From contig NW_021824925.1 in the NCBI RefSeq assembly GCF_006345805.1, forward strand, positions 1 through 17,255: a DNA stretch of 17,255 nucleotides. Direction: 5' to 3'. Position numbers and translations under genes: made by a program. The notes below the pieces were generated by a model, which worked only from the letters and a program-made list of their open reading frames with translations, searched no databases and had not been told where the DNA came from. This stretch comes from Octopus sinensis. Taxonomy: Eukaryota. Shown here one piece after another: positions 8,966 through 17,255 of the stretch; position 1 is the stretch's first letter, and each line of letters begins with the position of its first letter.

Positions 8966-9454
8966 TCTATATATATAAAACTGTAGTTGTGTGAGTGTCT
9001 GTCCCCTTCGATTTAGATTCCTAACTACTCCCACATTTTGCGGTGCAGTTTAACTAAATTCGGGTATCTTATGGTCGTGATTCATATCGAGGCCGTCTGG
9101 GTATTAGCGCGCGTCTACGATGAGTCTACGATTTTAAAAATAATTTAACATCATTTTTTATTCCATTTTAATGCATAATTTTTCGTGTGTCGATGGCGGC
9201 GGAGTTGGCATCCATGGTCACACCTGCACCTGTTTGCTTCTCCCCCTTCTTCCCTCCCTCGTGAAGCTGTGGGGAAGGGAGTGTAAGGAAATCAACGTCG
9301 TAAAGCATTGTCAAGGAGACCAGCGTTCTTTTAGAACAACGACTTCATGGCTAGAAGACACCAAAACAGAAATGGCTAAGGGAAGTAACTCTCTAAAAAT
9401 GCTTATATAGTTATTTCCCTTACAAACCCGAGCAACGCCGGGCGATACTGCTAG
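8966..9454 (+). mobile_element. Non-autonomous Helitron (489 bp)
   Basis: 5' TCTATATATATAAAA; 3' hairpin CCCG-A-GC-AAC-GC-CGGG (9427-9442) followed 8 nt later by CTAG; inserted between A8965 and T9455 with no TSD. Removing it restores the host RT frame (LILDK|YINKLN). Confidence 0.93.
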
Positions 9455-10222
9455 TATATTAATAAATTAAATAAGCTTAACTACCTAAAATTATGGTATA
9501 GTAATAATAATACTTTAAATTGGTTTAATAATATTAAAGAAAAAAATCGATATAAATTTATTCAAATAGATATAGATAATTATTATTCTTCTGTTAATGA
9601 AATTGTGTTTAATAAGGCCCTTATATTTGCAATGAATAAAGTGGCAATGACTTTTGAAGAGGTTAATGTAATCAAAATGGCTAGGAAATCGTTTATTAGA
9701 TACAAAAATAAATTATGGGCTAGGAAGGACTATTTTGATATACCTATGGGGGCACCCGATTCTGCACAAGCTACGGATTTGGTAGGTATTTATCTATTAT
9801 CTGAACTTCAATTAGAAAATTTAAAAATAGAGGGTGGTTTATATAGGAATGACCTTTTATTAATTACTAAGAATTGCACTAATAGGAACCTAGAATTATA
9901 TAAGAAAAAACTTTATAGTTTCTTTAAAAGATATGGTTTTAGTATTACTATTTATAATGAGAATTTTAATGTTAATTATTTAGATGTTAATTTTAATCTA
10001 ATTACGGGTAAAACACAACCATATCATAAACTTAATGAAAACCTTAGATATATAAATGTTAATAGTAATCACCCACCATCAATTAAAAAATTGTTGATTA
10101 ATAATATAAGTAAGCGTATATCATTACTTTCTTATGATTTAGAGATTTTTAATAAACATGCATCTTATTACAATAAGGTCCTAAGAGAGGCAGGTTATAA
10201 TAGTAATAAAATTTTTTATTAA
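9455..10222 (+). pseudogene. Penelope-like reverse transcriptase core and thumb
   Basis: Open frame containing FIQIDI, FDIPMG, GGLYRNDLL (catalytic DD changed to ND), NYLDVNFNL and NSNHPPSI. Confidence 0.9.
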
Positions 10223-10520
10223 AAATAAAGATAAAAATATTAATAATAATTATAATAATAATATTAGTAGTAATTTTAGTAATTATAAAAATAAAAATAA
10301 AATTTAAAATAAGACAAACTTTAATAATTCATTAAATGTTAATTATAATTATAAATTTAAATTTAATAATATTATAAAGAAATATAATAATAGTAATGGT
10401 AATAATAATGATAATGGTAATAATAATGATGGTAATAATAATATGATTAATTATAATAATGATAATAATGAGAAGAATAAGAATAATAATGATAGTGATA
10501 ATAATAATAAGAAGAAAAAT
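10223..10520. repeat. (AAT)n-rich low-complexity tract inside the Penelope-like element
   Basis: Directly visible; lies between the thumb and the IWLIVPY motif. Confidence 0.85.
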
Positions 10521-11206
10521 AAGAATAAAATTTGGTTAATTGTTCCTTATGGTGCTCAGGTTAAAACGAACATTATTAAAGAGATTTTAGATATTATTGA
10601 ACAATTTATTAATGATAATAGTAAATATAAAAAATTTCTCTAGTTATAACTTTGAAGTAGGTTATTCTACCACTATATGGTAGTAACATTATTTCTTCTT
10701 TAACAAATTAAACTGAATAATTTTTATAAAAATAAATTTTATAATAATACCAATAAATAAAGACAAGACACTCATTAACTGTACATGTAGAGATAAAACT
10801 AAGTTCAAATTTAATAATAAATGTGATATAAACGATGTAGTGTATAAATGTATAGTTACATTACTTAATGAGAATAATAGGAATAATAATAACTTAAACA
10901 CAATATATATAGGGTCCACTTCCTCTAAAATAAAATTAATAATCACACAGCATATGCATTCATTTAAAAATAAAAACCTAATTAACTCAATAAGACTTAG
11001 CAAGTATATATGGGGACTTAAATCCCAGTACTAAGTATGATTTAAGGTGGGAAATAATTAGTAAGGCTAAATCATATAGTATAGGAGGAAATTATTATTA
11101 TTTATGTTCTAATGAGTTTAAAGAAATTTTATTTTATGAGCATAATAATTTAGTGTATACTCTGGATGAGCATAAAATAAAATGCAGACACAGGTTACTT
11201 TACTTA
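10521..11206 (+). pseudogene. Penelope-like linker and GIY-YIG endonuclease (frameshifted)
   Basis: KIWLIVPYGAQVKTNI; NCTCRDK...KCDINDVVYKC; IYIGSTS; HSFKN; LSKYIW; WEIISKAKSY; KCRHR. Confidence 0.82.
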
Positions 11207-12685
11207 CCGTATTTGACGGCATATTAGACGCACCCTCATTTCAGCGGGTCAAATTCAGGAAAAAAAGTTTTAAGTGTATTTAACATATATTGTTGAAAGC
11301 AGTCTAGCAGCACATTACAAAAGCAGAAAAAATTGCTGTATAAAGCAAGCATACAAAGGAAAGCATACAAATTACAATAGTAATCATCTTTATCATCTTT
11401 TTAACCAGAAAACTCTTCATCATCTTCTACACCAGAAAAGTCTTCATCATCTTCACAACAAGGAACATCTTCATCACTCTGCTGAAATTAATGTCTTCAA
11501 TATGCATCATCTTTGAGCCATCAAGGCATTGCTAATGCCACACTCTTAAAAGCCTTCACAATGATTTCAGGCCTAACATCATCCCAAGATTTCTTCACCC
11601 ACTCACACTTCAGCAATGGTGGGCCGCTTCATTCTTCCTGTGGGTGTGAGGACATGATGTGGCTCTGCCATCCACTTGTTCCAATGTTCACGCATGTTCT
11701 GCTTAAATGGCTTATTCACAGACACATCTAAAGGCTGCAATTGGCTCGTCAGTCCACCAGGAATGACAGCTAACTGCATTTTCAATTCTCCCACCCTTTT
11801 TTTAATGGCTTCAGTTCTATGTGCTCTAAACTGATCCCAAACCAGAAGAGAAGGTTTTCTTAATAGTCCACCAGGACGCCCTTGACCATATATTTTGTAA
11901 CCACAGTTTCATTCCATTTTCGTCCATCCAGCCTTTTTGTGAACATGAACTAGACACTTTGGAATTTTATCCTTAGGCTGAGTTTTTCTCTTAAATATCA
12001 AAAGAGGTGACAGTTTTATGCCATCAGCACAACAACAGGCCAGAGCTACTGTATAGTGGGTCATTTCGTGGCCAGTGGTTTTTATCAAAACCATTTTAGA
12101 CCCTTTGACACTCACAGTCTTGTTGGATGGTACATCAAATGTGAGTGGAACTTCGTCCATATTCCCTATTTGGCCCAGTTCAAAACAAGTTTTCTTTCTT
12201 GCATTTATAACAAATCTATGAAAATCTAATATTTTTTCTTCATAATCAGCAGGCATTTTTTGTGCAATGGATGTTTTTGTACGCATTGATAAACCCTTCC
12301 GTTTCATAAACCTGTAACACCAACCTTCTGTTCCTGCAAAGTTCTGTATCCCTCATTGTTCTGCTACTCTCATGAATTATCATTTTGGTAGATACACTTC
12401 TCCCTGATTGCTTTGATTTTTATGATAATTCGTATTTTAAAGTAATAATACTGGTAATAATAATAATAATAATAATAATACTAGCAATAAAATAATGATG
12501 CATGAGTATGGAAAATATCATTAAGGCATTAGCGTAGGTAGAAATACTTATCGTAAGCTAGGTTAGTGAGCGTCTGGGAGAAGATTAGCCTACGGGAGGG
12601 TCTTGACTTTGCATATTAGACGCAGGGCGATTTTTTGAGCCAAACTTTTTGGAAAAAAGTGTGTCCTATATGACGTCAAATACGG
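11207..12685 (-). mobile_element. pogo-family (Tigger/POGK-like) DNA transposon, defective, 1479 bp
   Basis: Imperfect ~27-bp TIRs CCGTATTTGACG(G/T)CATAT(TA/AG)GAC(G/A)CAC at both ends; TA TSD at 11205-11206 and 12686-12687. Confidence 0.92.
11380..12410 (-). pseudogene. pogo DDD transposase remnant (CENP-B-type HTH + DDE_1 domain + acidic tail), frameshifted and N-terminally deleted
   Basis: VSTKMIIHE...GWCYRFMKRKGL; NMDEVPL; LLVWDQFRAH; VIPGGLTSQLQPLDVSVNKPFK; WVKKSWDDV; 27-bp repeats encoding EDDE(D/E)FSG. Confidence 0.9.
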
Positions 12686-13234
12686 TATATAATAAATTTC
12701 TAGATAAATAATGTATATATCTTAACCCTTTTTAGTTCCTTATTTGTTGATTTATGTATTAGTATTAATCTAAAATTTAGTATGTGATTTATAATACTTA
12801 TTACATGATTTTATATGCTATATTAAATAATGTAATATTATAATAATTTTATAAATATATTATTTTATAGTAGTGTTGTGTATCTAATTCTTTATGAGGT
12901 TTTGTATTAGTGTATTATAGTTATTAAAGGTTCTTTATTTACTTAAAGTTAGTTTATATTTAGTTTTATTACTAAATATTTAATGGTTTTATTGAATATA
13001 ATTTTAGGAAGGTTTTATTTTTGAATGTATAGGACAATTTTCTTTTCTTTATGTAATATTTTTTATAATGATAATTTATTCAATTATAGAACAATGTATT
13101 TAATCTATTGATAAATTAATTTACCTATTTAATTAGATTAATTTTATACTTATTATTGATTAATATTTATTTTGAGTATTAATAATATGATATATATATA
13201 TATATATAATATATATTATATACATATATATATA

Positions 13235-13455
13235 CAGTGGCGACCAAAATGTTCAGAACGGCATTGTTTTCGTCAGAAATAGATATAATTTTTTATGAAA
13301 GTTGTTTTAGATTCTATAATTTTCACAGACAATAAATACGATATTATTGTTATTGCCTGAGATTTTTGGTGTAATTGAGAGGATAATACAAAAGTTATGG
13401 ATGATTTAGGGATTTACTGCAAAACCCATGGCGGCCAAAATGATCAGAACAGTTG
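13235..13455 (+). repeat. Left Tc1 TIR (221 bp) with outer and inner direct repeats
   Basis: GGCGACCAAAATGTTCAGAAC (outer) and GGCGGCCAAAATGATCAGAAC (inner). Confidence 0.92.
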
Positions 13456-13526
13456 CTTTTACTCCATGTTTTAGTATATTTAACCGGCGAACTCTAAGAA
13501 TATTTGCCATGTACTTTGTTAATATA

Positions 13527-14524
13527 ATGCCACTGGCTCCATTACCAATTCGTCAGCAGATTATTAAGCTTCGAAGGAATGATAATTTAAGTATTGGATC
13601 TATTGCAAAGATTGTTAACAAGTCAAAAAGTGTTGTACATGGTATTCTTAAGGTAAACGATGATTGTGATTCGTGTGAAGCAAGAAAGTTTACAGGTAGG
13701 CCAAGAAAAATGACCAAGAGAGAAGATCGTGCTATGGTAAAGTTGGTTAAAAAGAACAGATTTAAAACTGCTGCTGCTGTTTCTCGGAAAATGAGCATTG
13801 TATTGAAGAAAACTTTATCTCAAAAAACTGTCTCTCGTCGTTTAGTTGAACATGACCTACAAGCAAGAGCACCTGCAGTGAAGCCACTGATCAGCTCCAA
13901 GAATAAAAAGTGTCGTCTTACCTTTGCAACCGAACATGTGTTGTGGTTTCAAGAAAAATGGCAAACGGTGCATTTCAGTGATGAATCTAAGTTTATGTTA
14001 TTTGGCTCAGATGGGAAACGGTACGTTCGTAGAAAAGTAGGTGAAAAATTGTCGCCTAAGTGCCTTAAGACTAGTGTTAAATTCGGTGGAGGAAGTGTCA
14101 TGGTTTGGGGGATGATATCTGGGGATGATATCTGGAGATGGTGTGGGCCCTTTGGTGCGATTACATGGAAAGGTAAATGCAGGAGTTTATAAACAACTTG
14201 TAAAAAATCATGTTTTGCCTGTGCTGAGAAATTCAACTAAGCGACCACCCATATTCATGCCCCATGAACTTCCTCAAGGCTGAAAAGGTTATTGTTATGG
14301 ATTGGCCTGCTCAAAGCCCAGATCTCAATCCTATTGAAAATGTATGGAATATTCTAGGAGGACGTTTGAAAGCCAGAAATCCTAAAACAACTGAGCAATT
14401 ATGGAATACCCTTCAGGAAGAATGGAAAAAGATCACCCAGCAAGAAATTGAAAATTTAATTTCCTCATGCAGTCGAAGATGTCAGAGTGTGATTGAAGCT
14501 AAAGGGCTTCACACTAAATATTAA
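13527..14524 (+). pseudogene. Tc1 DD34E transposase pseudogene
   Basis: Paired-like HTH, GRPRK, FSDESKF, VMVWG, WPAQSPDLNPIEN, terminal TKY*. A 13-bp tandem duplication (14108-14133) shifts the frame and the second catalytic Asp (QDNAP..H motif) is missing at ~14260. Confidence 0.93.
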
Positions 14525-14570
14525 ATAATTCTAGTATTCTCTGTCATTTTTGATTATTTTGTTATTTTTT

Positions 14571-14794
14571 CAACCGTTCTGATCATTTTGGCCGCCATGG
14601 GTTTTGCAGTAAATCACTAAATCATCCATAACTTTTGTATTATCCTATCAAATTACACTAAAATCTCAGACAATAACAATTAAAATTGTATTTATTGTCT
14701 GTGAAAATTATAGAATATAAAACTACTTTGATAAAAACTTATACTTACTTTTCTGACGAAAACAATGTCGTTCTGAACATTTTGGCCGCAACTG
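14571..14794 (-). repeat. Right Tc1 TIR (224 bp)
   Basis: Reverse complement of 13235-13455 with scattered substitutions. Confidence 0.92.
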
Positions 14795-15029
14795 TATATC
14801 TTATACTAGAGTTAAGTTTATATTTTGTTATATTTCTGTTATAAATTAAATTCATTTATTTGTATGTAATTTCTTTATATTTGAAATAGATTTGTTTAGA
14901 TGTTTATTTAATCAATTTTTATTTAATATAGACATATAGATTAGTAAGATAGAATAAATGGATAAAACTAAATGTTTACCTGTATGTTTGTATGGAAGTA
15001 TGAATGTAGGCATTTATATACGTATCTAT

Positions 15030-15205
15030 TCATATGATATATGTGTATGTGTGTGTGTATGTATGTATATATATGTATATGTATGTGTACGTGTATATAT
15101 ATGTATTTATATATATATATATATGTGTGTGTGTGGATGGGTATATATATATGCATATGTATGTATTGTGTAGTGTATGTATATATATATATATGTATAC
15201 ACATG
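15030..15205. repeat. Mixed (TG)n/(TA)n microsatellite
   Basis: Directly visible. Confidence 0.9.
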
Positions 15206-15439
15206 CACAATAATACCTCACCTTATGAGAAGTGATTTATGGGACATTGGTTCTGTTCACGAGTTTTAGCTTAAAAATAAAAGCATACTTTGAGAAAGAA
15301 TTTACTCGTATGTTGAGGCGTTACTATAATTTTTTTTATTAATCTTATAAGATTTTTAGAGTATACATAGTAATTAGTTGTCATTAATTATTTTATTATT
15401 TAATTTATTTAGTATTAGGTATTATTTATCATAGTTATT

Positions 15440-15700
15440 TTAATAATAAATCTTATAGTATGGAGTGGTTCTATTCTTTAATTGTGATTTCATTCTATTT
15501 ACATTTATTGATAAACCATAACATTTTCCATTGACAATTTTCATTGATAAAGCGTGTTTGTAGTTCTTCACTGTTAAAGAATTCTTCAACAATTTATTCT
15601 TTTTTTCTTAATAACGTACGTAATTCCACGAGTATTCTTATAAACGCTGAAAAGATGTTTTCTGATTTAAAATTTTAGTTCATCACAAAACCTCACAAAG
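15440..15700 (-). pseudogene. Probable heavily decayed RTE-like LINE reverse transcriptase fragment
   Basis: Across frameshifts on the minus strand: SENIF, RGI, KRIN, NSEELQT, GKCYGLSINVNRMKS. The order matches LINE RT motifs (LYSExIF...GI..G..IN.LRYADD...SEEELQ...YGL.IN..KTK), but YADD itself is not visible. Confidence 0.45.
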
Positions 15701-16859
15701 CTAAGTATATATTTATATTTAAGATTTTTTAATTTTTAAATTTAAATATTTTAATAAGTCTTATTGTATAATTTTGTATTTTATATAAATACTGATTGTT
15801 ATGTAATGATCTAGTTATCGTAGTTTTTTATATAATTATTAGATTTTAACTATACGTTTATTCGTAAGACTTTACTTCGCCAAAGAGATATATAGATCGT
15901 TAAAGTTAGGTTTCATGTATATACATGTATTGATAGCATAAATTTTAGTCTTTAATTACTATATTTGTTGATAGTTATTTTAATATTTTATAATTGTTAT
16001 TATAACTTATATATTGTTTTTTTCAATTGATAATCGGTAGTAGTATTTCATTGATAAATATATTCGTAGTATTTATTGGATACTATATAAATATGGATTG
16101 ATTATTTCATTAAGTATTTTATTATTTCATTTTAGTTCTTTACTATAAGGTTTTTGTAAGTTATTAATTAGCCAACGAGATATATGGATCGTTAATTAGT
16201 TATAGCATTCTTTTAAGATAGTTTGTTAGTGTTTACAATTTGCTTCTTCATCTTTAATCTTTTACTATATTTATAAGTAATAATTTATTAGGTATTTATT
16301 ATATGTGCATATATATTTATTGATAGAGATAATTTTAGATCTTAATTCTTATATTTATATACATTTATATATATTCATTGATAATTTTGTTATTATTCAA
16401 ATATTATGTAATTATTTGACTTCAAATTAAATTTAATAATATGAATAGTGATTTTTTTTTTTTTATATTTAGGTAATTAGATATTGATTATAACTGAGAT
16501 TAGATTATTTGTGGGTGTATTATGTTTTTTTAAAGCCATATTATATTTGAATAGATAAATACATTTTCTATCTATTCTTACCTTAAAAATTAATACATAA
16601 AAATTAATATTTAACATTATAATCGATTGTATGACATAATCATAATCGTTAAAGTTTCAAGTTTGGTAATAGAGTTTTTTATAAGAAAAATTATTATTTA
16701 TTTAATTCTTAAAAAAATATTGTTTAAATATATTTAATTATTTACTTAAATATTATCATTAACCTGAAGATTGACTATAACCATAATTCGAATTATTAAT
16801 TGAATTTAAATTATTGTTATTCGAATTAGGTTATCGGCATGAAACAATCGTAGTGGTTT

Positions 16860-17255
16860 TACTTTTTATCTTTTATTAAACTTGTTAATACTTTTTGATA
16901 GTTATATATATTTAATATAATAATATTATAATATAAAAATAAAATAAATAAATAAATAAATATATTTAAATAAATAATATAATTAGATAAATAAAAAATA
17001 AAAATATAAATACAAAATTAAAAGATAGTAAAATATCTATATATATTATATATATTATATAAAATATTAATTAAGTATAAATAAATAATTTAGAATTTTT
17101 TTAAATTTTAACTTTTAATTTAAATAATTTAAATTTTGAATATTGTATTTTATATATTTTGTATATTATATTAATTAAATTTATTTCTATGTTTTGGTTT
17201 ATATTTTTCATGGTTTGATTTGCCTACTAGTGGTTTTATCTCTAATTTAATATAT
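16860..17255. repeat. AT-rich low-complexity sequence
   Basis: Almost only A/T, with no periodic unit that I can define. Confidence 0.7.

Larger units (their letters stand above)
8396..12711 (+). mobile_element. Decayed Penelope-like retrotransposon (RT + C-terminal GIY-YIG endonuclease; resembles the Hydra clade), interrupted by a Helitron and a pogo element
   Basis: Colinear motifs across frameshifts: (R)WKAY, SDKTRNLY, ITLKDHKDNF, VRLICPCKSDLGKLS, WFNNIK...FIQIDIDNYYSSV, FDIPMGAPD, GLYRND, NYLDVNFNL, PYHKLN...YINVNSNHPPSI, IWLIVPY, CTC...C linker, VYKC...YIGST, LSKYIW, KCRH. The ORF finishes after the pogo insertion with TAA at 12709-12711. Clade assignment is by motif recall, not phylogeny. 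Confidence 0.88.
13235..14794 (+). mobile_element. Tc1-family transposon with long IR/DR-type TIRs, defective, 1560 bp
   Basis: CAGT...ACTG termini, TA TSD (13233-13234 and 14795-14796), TIRs 13235-13455 and 14571-14794, transposase between them. Confidence 0.95.

Noticed and set aside
9171-9410. 79-aa ORF
   Set aside because: It lies inside the non-autonomous Helitron and has no recognisable RepHel or host-protein motif.
11274-11731. Plus-strand His-rich ORFs
   Set aside because: Antisense shadows of the pogo transposase and its acidic-tail repeats.
12712-13190. Expected 3' pseudo-LTR or hammerhead of the Penelope-like element
   Set aside because: No CTGANGA/GAAA pair found; the sequence is too AT-decayed to define the element end.
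13428-13526. 33-codon N-terminal extension of the Tc1 ORF starting inside the TIR
   Set aside because: It starts within the inner direct repeat and has no transposase similarity. ATG 13527 fits the usual Tc1 N-terminus, so the extension is probably a chance open frame.
13553-14236. Minus-strand ORFs of 81 and 95 aa
   Set aside because: Antisense shadows of the Tc1 transposase.
15510-15700. BEL/Pao integrase-like reading (SEN...EL..LL...EEFFNSEELQ...QWK)
   Set aside because: The same bases fit LINE RT motifs better once the downstream YGLSIN..K motif is included, and the PWWGG integrase motif is absent.

Overview
Very AT-rich, repeat-saturated animal genomic DNA with no recognisable intact host gene. 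The microsatellite style and repeat content remind me of cephalopod (Octopus-like) genomes, but that is recollection, not a search result. Main result: 1-4088 is a head-to-tail array of a ~530-bp unit (7 full copies plus a partial 8th, and the array runs off the left edge). Every unit carries a type I hammerhead ribozyme on the minus strand (one copy lacks a core base), which is the architecture of a satellite-ribozyme or non-LTR retrozyme expected to yield ~530-nt self-cleaved, possibly circular RNAs. The array ends in a junction with templated fragments that abuts what looks like half of another hammerhead. A separate minimal hammerhead lies at 8118-8153, just upstream of a decayed Penelope-like retroelement (RT plus C-terminal GIY-YIG). 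A non-autonomous Helitron (8966-9454) and a pogo-family transposon (11207-12685) are nested in that element. A defective IR/DR-type Tc1 element (13235-14794), long TA/TG microsatellite fields, a perfect 23-bp inverted repeat and a probable RTE-like LINE fossil complete the window. All structures were read by eye and no folding or homology search was run.
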